Shown here: piece after piece, positions 27,596-35,764 of the stretch
Layout: each line of letters begins with the position of its first letter
Numbering within the stretch: position 1 is the first letter of the stretch
NCBI GenBank assembly: GCA_018662905.1
Contig: JABJFE010000105.1
Span: 1 to 39,291, forward strand
Direction: 5' to 3'
DNA: 39,291 nt
DNA from: Flavobacteriaceae bacterium
Lineage (GTDB): Bacteria > Bacteroidota > Bacteroidia > Flavobacteriales > Flavobacteriaceae
Made by a program: the position numbers and the translations under genes
The notes under the pieces: generated by a model
The model's database searches: none
Told to the model about the DNA's origin: nothing
The model's input: the letters and a program-made list of their open reading frames with translations, nothing else

Positions 27596-28807
27596 TTACT
27601 TATAGCTTAATCTAACCATATAAAATCCATCAAATCCAGTTTGATTTGGACTAATTTTTTTTTCATCTTCTTTCTTAAAATCTTTTCCTATTTCAGATTT
27701 TAAAAACTTGTCAATTTGTAGTTCGTTTTCAGAGGGAAGTATTGAGCAAGTTGCATATACCAGTTTTCCATCCTTTTTAATCATTGGAGCATATTTTTGT
27801 AGAATATCTTGCTGAGCATTTCTGATTTTATTTAAAAAATCTAAGGAAAGATTCCATTTAGAACCTGGATTTCTTTTTAATACACCCAAACCAGAACAAG
27901 GGGAATCAATTAATAATCTATCAATTTTTCCATATAATCTTTTGATAGGTTTATTGTTTTCAATCACTCTAGTTTCAATATTGAATGCGTTATTTCTTTT
28001 TGCTCTTCTTTTGAGTTCATGTAATTTATTCTTATAAATATCCATGGCAATTATTTGCCCTTTATTTTTAGAAAGAGCAGATAAATGAAGTGTCTTACCT
28101 CCGGCTCCAGCACATACATCGCAAATTTTCATACCTTCTTCAATTTGAAGAAATGGTGCGACTAGTTGTGATGAGGCATCTTGAATTTCAAAAAACCCGT
28201 TTTTAAAAGCATTTGTTAAAAACAAATTTTTTCTTACGACTAATTTTAATGCATCAGGAAATCCTTTTATTTTTTCAGTTTGAATATCTTCATCAGAAAG
28301 AATTTCTTGAACTTTGTCAATTGAAGTTTTTAAAGAATTAACTCTTATTATAACTGATGCTTTTTGATTCAAAGCATTTAATTCATTTCCCCATTTTTTT
28401 TCACCAAGTTCATCTACTCCAAGCTTGTCCATCCAATCAGGAATAGATTCTTTAAATTTTCTTATTTTTATTAATTCATCAAACCTCCCTTTTATTCTTC
28501 TGTTGGGTGTATCGTTCAGCTCTGGCCAGCCTGGAAGTTGAATTCCTTTTAGCACAGCCCAAACTGCGAATATTTTCCAAAGTTCTTTATGTTTATAAGG
28601 GGTTTTTGATTCAGCAATTTCTGAATAAAGCCTTTTCCATCTTATTATTTCATAGCTTGTTTCTGCGATAAAACCTCTATCTCTACTTCCCCATCTTTTG
28701 TCATATTTAAGAACTTTTTCAATAGTTTTATCAGCATACAAGTTCTGATTAAAGACACCATCAAGCACTTTAATAACAGCAACAACTAAATTTTTGTGAA
28801 GACGCAT
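27596..28807 (-). CDS. NOL1/NOP2/Sun-family rRNA (cytosine-C5) methyltransferase (RsmB-like)
   Basis: SAM-binding DVCAGAGGKT, motif IV DSPCSGLGVLKRNP and motif VI LVYATCS; 403 aa. Confidence 0.88.
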   Translation of the reverse strand: MRLHKNLVVAVIKVLDGVFNQNLYADKTIEKVLKYDKRWGSRDRGFIAETSYEIIRWKRLYSEIAESKTPYKHKELWKIFAVWAVLKGIQLPGWPELNDTPNRRIKGRFDELIKIRKFKESIPDWMDKLGVDELGEKKWGNELNALNQKASVIIRVNSLKTSIDKVQEILSDEDIQTEKIKGFPDALKLVVRKNLFLTNAFKNGFFEIQDASSQLVAPFLQIEEGMKICDVCAGAGGKTLHLSALSKNKGQIIAMDIYKNKLHELKRRAKRNNAFNIETRVIENNKPIKRLYGKIDRLLIDSPCSGLGVLKRNPGSKWNLSLDFLNKIRNAQQDILQKYAPMIKKDGKLVYATCSILPSENELQIDKFLKSEIGKDFKKEDEKKISPNQTGFDGFYMVRLSYK

Positions 28808-28821
28808 TTTACAGTTTTGCG

Positions 28822-28829
28822 CAAATATA
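28822..28829 (-). promoter_or_regulatory. Candidate -7 box (TAtaTTTG on minus strand) for the rRNA methyltransferase gene
   Basis: Plus-strand caaatata lies 14 nt upstream of the ATG at 28807-28805. Confidence 0.45.
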
Positions 28830-28875
28830 GGTTTTAAACTTAATCTTTCTAATCTGAGTAATAATTAGATAGAGT

Positions 28876-29325
28876 TTATTTTTTATTTTTGGTTCTAAGT
28901 TTTTTCATCATCTCTTTTCTAAAATCATCCTCAATTCTAAATAACGATACAGTTTTTTTTAAGGTCATGAATTCCTTTAAATCAATTATTAATTTAGCTC
29001 TTAAATCAATTTTCCTTTTCTCATAGTCTAAAAAATCGTCAATAAATTGTTTGTATTCTGTTTCTGAAAGATTACTACTATCCAAATTAATTTTTCTGTA
29101 TTTGAGTCTTTTGGCTCTGTAAACTATCCTTAAGCTATCTTGATAGTTATTGTAAGCAATCCAAAACTTAGATTCATTTTCTGTTTTAAGATTCAACTTG
29201 TCAGTTAAATATATTTTTTTATAAGCATCTATTTTTTCAGAACTTACTTTTGTTTTTTGCGCACTTAATAAATTAGTTAAAAAAAGTAGTAAAAAAAGAA
29301 TTTTTAAATTTTTCATATTATTCAT
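28876..29325 (-). CDS. Secreted, highly charged helical protein; third gene of the ECF sigma module (Spy/CpxP-like or periplasmic-sensor-like by context)
   Basis: Signal peptide MKNLKILFLLLFLTNLLSAQ, then a Lys/Glu-rich sequence. 8-nt overlap (ATGAATAA) with the upstream membrane protein gene. Confidence 0.6.
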   Translation of the reverse strand: MNNMKNLKILFLLLFLTNLLSAQKTKVSSEKIDAYKKIYLTDKLNLKTENESKFWIAYNNYQDSLRIVYRAKRLKYRKINLDSSNLSETEYKQFIDDFLDYEKRKIDLRAKLIIDLKEFMTLKKTVSLFRIEDDFRKEMMKKLRTKNKK

Positions 29326-29779
29326 TGTTTAAACTTTGATCATCTGAAAAACTTGTTTCCAGATAGTATTCAAAATCATTCTCATTTAATTGATTAAAAT
29401 TGATTTCAAAATCGTTAACATCAAAAAGTTCTATATATTCAGAACTAGAATAGTCTGCTAGTTCATAGTTCATGTATTCTATTATTTCAGCTTCTTTAAA
29501 AGAGCTTGAGTTATCAAAAAATCCGTTAATAAATAATCCAACGATAAGAACTGCAGCTATTCCGCTTAAAGCAAGTTCTCTATATTTAAAATTAATTATT
29601 TTACTCTGGTATTTAGTCTTAGTAATTAAATCAATATTTATAGTCTTAAAATAATTTTGAGGAACTTTAAACTCTCCTAATTCAATTTCATCAATATTAT
29701 CAATTGTAATATTATCAAAATAACCTTTAGGTGTTTTGAATCGATTGGTATTTAAATTTATATTATTTTTTGACATCAT
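29318..29779 (-). CDS. Single-pass membrane protein, candidate anti-sigma factor
   Basis: One TM (LALSGIAAVLIVGLFINGFF) at mid-protein. Sits 24 nt downstream of the ECF sigma gene. Duplicated N-terminal motif P-x-x-YF-x-x-I-x-ID (TPKGYFDNITID / VPQNYFKTINID). No HxxxCxxC zinc motif. Confidence 0.5.
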   Translation of the reverse strand: MMSKNNINLNTNRFKTPKGYFDNITIDNIDEIELGEFKVPQNYFKTINIDLITKTKYQSKIINFKYRELALSGIAAVLIVGLFINGFFDNSSSFKEAEIIEYMNYELADYSSSEYIELFDVNDFEINFNQLNENDFEYYLETSFSDDQSLNNE

Positions 29780-29803
29780 TCTATTACTTTGACAACCAAA
29801 CGC

Positions 29804-30355
29804 TTAAAAGGTTTGAATTTTAATTATTTCTTTTTTTATTTTTTTAACGGCTATATGATATGAAGCCTTTAATGCACCCTCTGATGTTCCAAGTATGTCA
29901 GAAATATCTTTAAATTTCATTTCTTGTTCATATTTCATTTGAAATACTAATTTTTGTTTTTGTGGAAGTGTATTTATAATTTCTTGAAGTTTTATTTGTA
30001 ATTCATCTCCATCAAAATAAGGATCCTCTTTTAATTTATTGGTTTGAGCAATCATAATTTCCTCAGATGTTTTAAAATGTTTTTTAGCTTTCGATTTTAT
30101 AAAGTTTAAAGATTCATTAGTTGCTATTCTATAAATCCAAGTATATAGTTTGCTTTGTTCTTTAAAATTATTAATTGCTTTAAAAACTTTTACAAACGTG
30201 TTTTGTAAAACATCATGTGCGTCGTCATGATCTAAAACTATTTTTCTTATATGCCAATATATAGGTTCTTTGTATTTGTTAAGTAAAATTTCAAAATATT
30301 TGTTTTGAGTTCCCTTTTCTTTTAGTTTGGCGATAAATTTTGATTCATTTTCCAA
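29804..30355 (-). CDS. ECF-type RNA polymerase sigma-70 family factor
   Basis: Region 2 (DAHDVLQNTFVKVF...YTWIYRIATNESLNF) and region 4 HTH (FKDISDILGTSEGALKASYHIAVKKIK). 183 aa. The only available start is TTG. Confidence 0.88.
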   Translation of the reverse strand: MENESKFIAKLKEKGTQNKYFEILLNKYKEPIYWHIRKIVLDHDDAHDVLQNTFVKVFKAINNFKEQSKLYTWIYRIATNESLNFIKSKAKKHFKTSEEIMIAQTNKLKEDPYFDGDELQIKLQEIINTLPQKQKLVFQMKYEQEMKFKDISDILGTSEGALKASYHIAVKKIKKEIIKIQTF

Positions 30356-30398
30356 CTAAATTGAATTTATATATAAGACAATAGAATTTTTGAAAAGT

Positions 30399-32222
30399 TT
30401 AAGAAAACGATTGAAGCTTAATCAACTTCGAATAAACTCCATCATTAGAAATTAATTCTGTATGTTTCCCTTTTTCTATAATTTCCCCATCTTTTACAAC
30501 TAAAATAACATCTGCTTTTTGAATAGTAGATAGCCTATGAGCAATGATTAGCGATGTCCTGTTTTTCATTAGTTTTTCTAGCGCTTCTTGAACTAACTTC
30601 TCTGATTCTGAGTCCAATGAGGAAGTAGCTTCATCTAATATCATTATGGGAGGATTTCTTAAAACTGCTCTTGCAATTGAAACTCTTTGTTTTTGTCCAC
30701 CTGATAATTTTCCACCTCCGTCTCCAACATTTGATTCGTATTTATTTTCAAGTTTGTCTATAAAATCATTAGCATTTGCAATTATAGCCGATTTTTTTAC
30801 ATCTTCTTCGTTATTATTAAAACTAGAAAGTTTAATATTATTAGAAATCGAGTCGTTAAAAAGAATTGAATCTTGCGATACTAAACCGATTAAATTTCTT
30901 AAGTCTTTTTTGAACAAATCTTTAATGTTTATTCCGTCAATTAATATTTTACCAGAATTTACATCATAAAATCTAGGAATTAAATTAGCTATAGTTGATT
31001 TTCCGCTTCCAGATTGTCCAACTATAGCGATTGTTTGCCCCTTTTTTATTTTAAAATTAATGTTCTTTAAAACATTTACGTTCTCATATTTAAAACTGAC
31101 ATTTTCAAAAGTTATTTCTGAATCAAATGATTGTTTTGATATAGGATCAGCTATTTCATTTATTGAGGATTTTGAATCTAAAATTTCAAGAACTCTTTCA
31201 GCAGCTGCATTACCTTTTTTAATTGAATATGAAGCTTTACTAATTGCTTTCGCTGGAGTTAAAACACCATAGGCTAGACCCATATAAGTTATGAATGCAG
31301 CAGGATTTAATTCTTGATCTATTAAAACTAATTGACCACCATACCAAAGTAATACACCAATAACAGAAATACCCAAAAATTCACTTACTGGACTTGCTAA
31401 GTTTTGTCTATTTATTAATTTGTTGGAATAATTGTAAAATTTATTATTTGATTTATTGAATTTTTTTATAAAAAAAAGTTCTGAAACAAAACCTTTAATA
31501 ATCTTCAAGCCATGCAGAGTTTCCTCAGTAATTGATAAAAATTCAGCTTGCTCGTTCTGAACTAGAGTAGAGGTCGCTTTTAATGACCTTCCTATCAAAG
31601 AAATTAAAAATCCTGAGAGCGGAATAAAAATCAAAACAAATGCAGTAAGCTTGAAACTTATTAAAAACATTGCCGAAATTGTAAAAAATATAGTTAAGGG
31701 TTCTCTTACAATTAGTTCAAGGACCGATAAAAATGAATGTTGAATTTCTAATACATCAGATGTTATTCTTGAAATTACATCACCTTTTTTCTTTTCTGTA
31801 AAAAAAGCTAACGGCATACTGACTATTTTTTTATAAACATCTCCCCTTAAGTGGGTTAAAATTCCGTTTCTTAAAAATGTTATAAAATACATTGCTAAGT
31901 AGTTGAAGAAATTTTTAAGAAAAAACAAAATAATAATTGCTGCAATTACGAAAATAAGTGCTTTTTGTGGGTCCTCTCCAGAAAAACTACTTACTTGATA
32001 ATTTAGCCATCCTTCCAAATTATTTCCAAAACCATAGATCCCATCAAATTCTGGTTTTGTGTAGGTTTTTTTATTTTCACCAAATAAAACTTCTAGCATT
32101 GGCATTAATGATAAAAAGGATAACGCACTAAAAAGTGCATAAAGGATATTGAAAAATATATTCAAATAGATATATTTTTTGTATGGTTTTGAATACTTGA
32201 ATATCTTTTTGAAATACTCCAC
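30399..32222 (-). CDS. ABC half-transporter (fused permease-ATPase exporter, MsbA-like)
   Basis: N-terminal 6-TM domain, Walker A GQSGSGKST, signature LSGGQKQR, Walker B ILDEATSSLD; 607 aa. Confidence 0.9.
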   Translation of the reverse strand: MEYFKKIFKYSKPYKKYIYLNIFFNILYALFSALSFLSLMPMLEVLFGENKKTYTKPEFDGIYGFGNNLEGWLNYQVSSFSGEDPQKALIFVIAAIIILFFLKNFFNYLAMYFITFLRNGILTHLRGDVYKKIVSMPLAFFTEKKKGDVISRITSDVLEIQHSFLSVLELIVREPLTIFFTISAMFLISFKLTAFVLIFIPLSGFLISLIGRSLKATSTLVQNEQAEFLSITEETLHGLKIIKGFVSELFFIKKFNKSNNKFYNYSNKLINRQNLASPVSEFLGISVIGVLLWYGGQLVLIDQELNPAAFITYMGLAYGVLTPAKAISKASYSIKKGNAAAERVLEILDSKSSINEIADPISKQSFDSEITFENVSFKYENVNVLKNINFKIKKGQTIAIVGQSGSGKSTIANLIPRFYDVNSGKILIDGINIKDLFKKDLRNLIGLVSQDSILFNDSISNNIKLSSFNNNEEDVKKSAIIANANDFIDKLENKYESNVGDGGGKLSGGQKQRVSIARAVLRNPPIMILDEATSSLDSESEKLVQEALEKLMKNRTSLIIAHRLSTIQKADVILVVKDGEIIEKGKHTELISNDGVYSKLIKLQSFS

Positions 32223-32224
32223 TT

Positions 32225-33931
32225 TTAAAAATTAAATTCTTTTGTTAAATTATCGATTTTATTTTCTAAAATTTCATTTACTGCAATAAAATCTTCTTTT
32301 GATTTAAGACTGGTATTTACACTAAAGTAAAACTTTATTTTTGGTTCAGTCCCACTTGGTCTAGCAGCAACTGTTGTTCCATCTTTAGATTCAAAAATTA
32401 AAACATTAGATTTAGGAAAATCTAAATTATTGATTTCACCATTTGTTTGGTTTATTTCTTTGGAGGATTGAAAATCTTTTATTGAAACTAATTTGCTTCC
32501 GTCCAAAGTATCAATTTTAGAATTTCTTAGTTTATTCATGATTAAACTAATTTCTTTGAGGCCTTCAGCACCTTTTTTCTCAATAGATATAAGTTTTTCT
32601 TTGTAAAACCCATATTTGATGTAACACTTAATTAAATAATCGACTAACGTAATACCTTTTGCTTTACATTCCGATCCTAGTTCGCATGCAACTAGGGCTG
32701 AGGTAATAGCATCTTTATCTCTTACAAAATCACCAACCATATAACCGTAACTTTCTTCTCCTCCAGCAATATAAGTTTGATTTGGAAAATCATTAATCAT
32801 TTTCCCAATCCACTTAAATCCGGTTAGACCAACCTTGAAATCAACATTATAACTTTCAGCTATATTTTTTATCATTGCAGTCGAAACCACAGTTGATCCA
32901 ATAAAAAATGATTTATCTAAGTTTTTTCTTTTACTTAAAATGAATTCTGTCAAAATGATCATCATTTGATTGCCATTTAAAAGAATATATTCGTCTTTTT
33001 TGTTTTTAACTGCTAATCCAATTCTATCAGCATCAGGATCAGTTCCTATAACAATATCTGCATTAATTGATTTAGCCATGCTTATTGCCATATTTAAAGC
33101 CTCAGGCTCTTCTGGGTTAGGAGATTTCACTGTACTAAAATTTCCATCAGGAGTAGCTTGTTCTTTCACAATATGTAAATCTTTAAATCCAGCTCCTTCT
33201 AATACCTCTGGAAGAATTTTATACGATGTTCCGTGTATTGGAGTAAAAACAATTTTGTAATCTTTTCTGTTGGAATCTCCAATTTTTCCTACTGATATTG
33301 AATTTTTAACAAATTTTATGTCAATTTCATTATCAATTAAAGTAATAAGAGAATCATTTCTCTTAAAATTGATCTCATTGATTTTAACGGAATTTATTTC
33401 GTCAATCAACTTTTTATCAATAGGAGGAACAATTTGACCGCCATCTTTCCAATAAACTTTATATCCATTGTACTCAGGAGGATTATGAGAAGCTGTTAAA
33501 ACAATACCACAAATACATTTTAATTCTATTAACGCGTAAGAAAGTTCTGGCGTAGGTCTAATGGAGCTAAATAAGTATACATTGATATCGTTTGAACTAA
33601 AAACATCAGCTACTTGATTAGCTAATTCTTTACTTTGATTTCTACAATCGTAAGCTATAACAACAGATTCTCTTTTTGTAGAAATTTTATTTATGAAATT
33701 TGAAATCCCCTGTGTATTTTTACCGAAAGTGTATTGATTTACGCGGTTTGGGCCTACACCAACAATTCCTCTCATTCCACCAGTTCCAAAAGATAAATTT
33801 TTATAAAATGACTCTTTAAATTCTAGTTTATTATTTATTTTTAAATTTTTAACATCTTGAATAGTAGATGTGTCAAACGGAGATTGAGTCCAATTATTAT
33901 AATTTTCTTCAATAATTAAATTATTATCCAT
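32225..33931 (-). CDS. Phospho-sugar mutase (phosphoglucomutase/phosphomannomutase family)
   Basis: Active-site TASHNPPEYNGYK, metal loop GTDPDADR and GGEESYG sugar-binding loop; 568 aa. Confidence 0.92.
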   Translation of the reverse strand: MDNNLIIEENYNNWTQSPFDTSTIQDVKNLKINNKLEFKESFYKNLSFGTGGMRGIVGVGPNRVNQYTFGKNTQGISNFINKISTKRESVVIAYDCRNQSKELANQVADVFSSNDINVYLFSSIRPTPELSYALIELKCICGIVLTASHNPPEYNGYKVYWKDGGQIVPPIDKKLIDEINSVKINEINFKRNDSLITLIDNEIDIKFVKNSISVGKIGDSNRKDYKIVFTPIHGTSYKILPEVLEGAGFKDLHIVKEQATPDGNFSTVKSPNPEEPEALNMAISMAKSINADIVIGTDPDADRIGLAVKNKKDEYILLNGNQMMIILTEFILSKRKNLDKSFFIGSTVVSTAMIKNIAESYNVDFKVGLTGFKWIGKMINDFPNQTYIAGGEESYGYMVGDFVRDKDAITSALVACELGSECKAKGITLVDYLIKCYIKYGFYKEKLISIEKKGAEGLKEISLIMNKLRNSKIDTLDGSKLVSIKDFQSSKEINQTNGEINNLDFPKSNVLIFESKDGTTVAARPSGTEPKIKFYFSVNTSLKSKEDFIAVNEILENKIDNLTKEFNF

Positions 33932-34877
33932 TTATTTTTTCAGTAATTATATATTGTTTTTTTATTTTTCTATTTCGAAGTATGATTTCACCAATAAATC
34001 CAGCTAAAAAAAACTGAGAGCCCATAATCATAGTTGCTAATGCTATGTAAAATTCAGGTCTTTCAGTTATTAATCTTCCGGATGTTTGTAGAAATAATTT
34101 ATCGATTCCTAAATATGCTGAAAAAATAAAGCCTACTAATAACATTATTGTTCCTATCAATCCAAAGAAATGCATTGGTCTTTTTCCAAATTTATGAATA
34201 AACCATAATGTTATTAAGTCTAAAAAACCTTTAATAAATCTGTCAATTCCATATTTTGTTTTTCCATGCTTTCTAGGGTGATGAATTACGATTTTCTCAG
34301 AGATCCTGTTGTATCCTGCATTTTTAGCAAGTACTGGAATATATCTGTGCATACCACCAGTTAGCTTAATCTGTTTGATTACTTCTTTTTTGTAAGCTTT
34401 TATACCACAATTAAAATCGTTAAGTTTTATTCCGGATGTAATTCTTGCAGCCCAATTGAAGATTTTAGACGGAAAATTCTTGAATATTATTGAGTCGTAT
34501 CTAACTTTTTTCCATCCAGATACTAAATCTAACTTTTCTTCGTTGATTTTTTTATAAAGTTCTGGAATTTCATTTGGATCGTCTTGTAAATCGGCATCCA
34601 TTGTTACAACTACATCCCCTTTGCATGCCTTGAAACCTGCTGAAAGCGCTTGAGATTTGCCAAAGTTCTTTAAGAATCTTATTCCCTTTACATTTTGATT
34701 ATTAGAGCAAATTTTTGATATAGTTTTCCATGAGTTGTCAGTGCTACCATCATCAATTAAAATGATTTCAAACTCCAATCTCAAAGACTTTACAACAGTT
34801 GAAATAGAGTTAGTTAACTCCTCAAGAGAATTTTGCTCATTTAAAAGTGGAATGACTATTGAGAGATTCATTTTCAA
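33924..34877 (-). CDS. Family-2 glycosyltransferase with C-terminal TM helices (polyprenyl-phosphate sugar transferase, GtrB/ArnC-like)
   Basis: LSIVIPLLNE, IILIDDGSTD, TMDADLQDDP (DxD), and two C-terminal TM helices; 317 aa. 8-nt overlap with the mutase gene. Confidence 0.88.
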   Translation of the reverse strand: MKMNLSIVIPLLNEQNSLEELTNSISTVVKSLRLEFEIILIDDGSTDNSWKTISKICSNNQNVKGIRFLKNFGKSQALSAGFKACKGDVVVTMDADLQDDPNEIPELYKKINEEKLDLVSGWKKVRYDSIIFKNFPSKIFNWAARITSGIKLNDFNCGIKAYKKEVIKQIKLTGGMHRYIPVLAKNAGYNRISEKIVIHHPRKHGKTKYGIDRFIKGFLDLITLWFIHKFGKRPMHFFGLIGTIMLLVGFIFSAYLGIDKLFLQTSGRLITERPEFYIALATMIMGSQFFLAGFIGEIILRNRKIKKQYIITEKING

Positions 34878-34881
34878 CTAA

Positions 34882-35397
34882 TTAAAGTTGTTTTTTTGTT
34901 TTGATAAAAAGACTTAAAAAAACACTGTATAAAAATCCAAACAAAAGTGTACTAATCAAAATTATTGGGTACGTCAAGAAAGTAAATGGTTTAGAATTTT
35001 CAATAAAGGTGTTAAGATCCATTCCTTGAAGAGCTTCAGGGTAATCAGCCATTGTTTGATTGTATGAAATTTCTAATACTTTATCCATATAATCTGGTTC
35101 CATTATGTTTGTTAAAAAAAGAAAATAAAATACGGATACAAGTGCTATTACTAGAGATATTCCTGTTCCTATTTTTCTGACTGTACTGGCTTTTATTTTA
35201 TTATTATTTGCATTTTTGAATGCTATACATCCAAATGTAATACCCGCAAATATAATAATGGTGTTTACAATTGTTTGAGTAGTATCTTGTTCGTAATGGG
35301 CTTCTAAAAAAAACAGCATAAGACTAAAAGAAACTAAAACAACACTAGTTGCTAAACCATAATTGATCATATAATTTTTCGAACTGACCTCTTCCAT
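34882..35397 (-). CDS. Small multi-pass membrane protein, DUF4199-like
   Basis: From ATG 35397, MEEVSSKNYMINYGLATSVVLV resembles DUF4199 N-termini; 4-5 TM segments. The track's upstream extension to a TTG at 35469 runs into the L31 promoter region and is not favoured. Confidence 0.6.
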   Translation of the reverse strand: MEEVSSKNYMINYGLATSVVLVSFSLMLFFLEAHYEQDTTQTIVNTIIIFAGITFGCIAFKNANNNKIKASTVRKIGTGISLVIALVSVFYFLFLTNIMEPDYMDKVLEISYNQTMADYPEALQGMDLNTFIENSKPFTFLTYPIILISTLLFGFLYSVFLSLFIKTKKQL

Positions 35398-35463
35398 AAG
35401 ATTTAATTTTAATGTAAAAATAGCTATTATTTGAATACTTAATAAGTAATAAATAATATAAAG

Positions 35464-35493
35464 TTGCAAATTGATAAAAAAGAATTAAATTTG
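35464..35493 (+). promoter_or_regulatory. Candidate promoter of the L31 gene: TTG (-33) plus TAaaTTTG (-7)
   Basis: ttg at 35464-35466 and taaatttg at 35486-35493, spaced 19 nt apart. The G of the -7 box is 18 nt before ATG 35512. Confidence 0.5.
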
Positions 35494-35511
35494 CATCCAA
35501 TTATTATAAAA

Positions 35512-35763
35512 ATGAAAGAAGGAATACACCCAGAAAATTACAGATTAGTTGCTTTTAAAGACATGTCCAATGAGGATGTTTTTATTACTAAATCAACAGT
35601 TGAAAGTAAAGATTCAATTGAACATGATGGTGTTACTTATCCTCTTGTAAAGTTAGAGATATCTAGGACTTCTCATCCGTTTTACACTGGTAAATCAAAA
35701 CTTATTGATACTGCTGGTAGAATTGATAAGTTTAAAAATAGATATGCTAAACTTAAAAAGTAA
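35512..35763 (+). CDS. rpmE2: 50S ribosomal protein L31, type B (no zinc knuckle)
   Basis: MKEGIHPENY... is the canonical L31 N-terminus, with HPFYTGK present. There are no cysteines, hence type B. ATG 35512 is preferred over the track TTG 35464. Confidence 0.92.
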   Translation: MKEGIHPENYRLVAFKDMSNEDVFITKSTVESKDSIEHDGVTYPLVKLEISRTSHPFYTGKSKLIDTAGRIDKFKNRYAKLKK

Positions 35764-35764
35764 T

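Noticed and set aside
1062-33260. Seventeen 60-159-aa track ORFs lying inside or antisense to larger conserved genes: 1062-1247, 1650-1871, 3440-3700, 8524-8730, 12788-12970, 19010-19192, 20564-20932, 22625-23104, 23266-23469, 23522-23848, 24455-24673, 26523-26711, 27242-27481, 29472-29654, 30646-30969, 31060-31272 and 32970-33260.
   Set aside because: Each is fully embedded in a gene with strong family signatures. Their translations are low-complexity (Ile/Phe/Leu/Ser-rich) with no motifs, and several start with non-ATG codons. Such shadow ORFs are expected in AT-rich DNA, where stop codons are depleted antisense to coding frames.
279-35469. Upstream TTG starts proposed by the ORF track (279, 6314, 14452, 35464(+), 35469(-)) and the ATG at 13121.
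   Set aside because: TTG 279 and TTG 14452 fall inside TAnnTTTG -7 boxes. TTG 35464(+) falls on a candidate -33 TTG element. TTG 35469(-) extends into the L31 promoter region. The ATG-13121 extension lies inside the opposing NamZ-like gene. In each of these cases, and at 6314, a downstream ATG gives an N-terminus that matches the family better.
35465-35495. Inverted repeat tgcaaatt ... aatttgca flanking the L31 type-B promoter, considered as a Zur-like operator because type-B L31 paralogues are zinc-regulated in other phyla.
   Set aside because: The two arms coincide with the -33 TTG(C) and -7 TTTG(CA) promoter elements themselves, which explains the symmetry. As far as I know, Bacteroidota carry type-B L31 as the sole constitutive copy. 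There is no resemblance to known Zur boxes.
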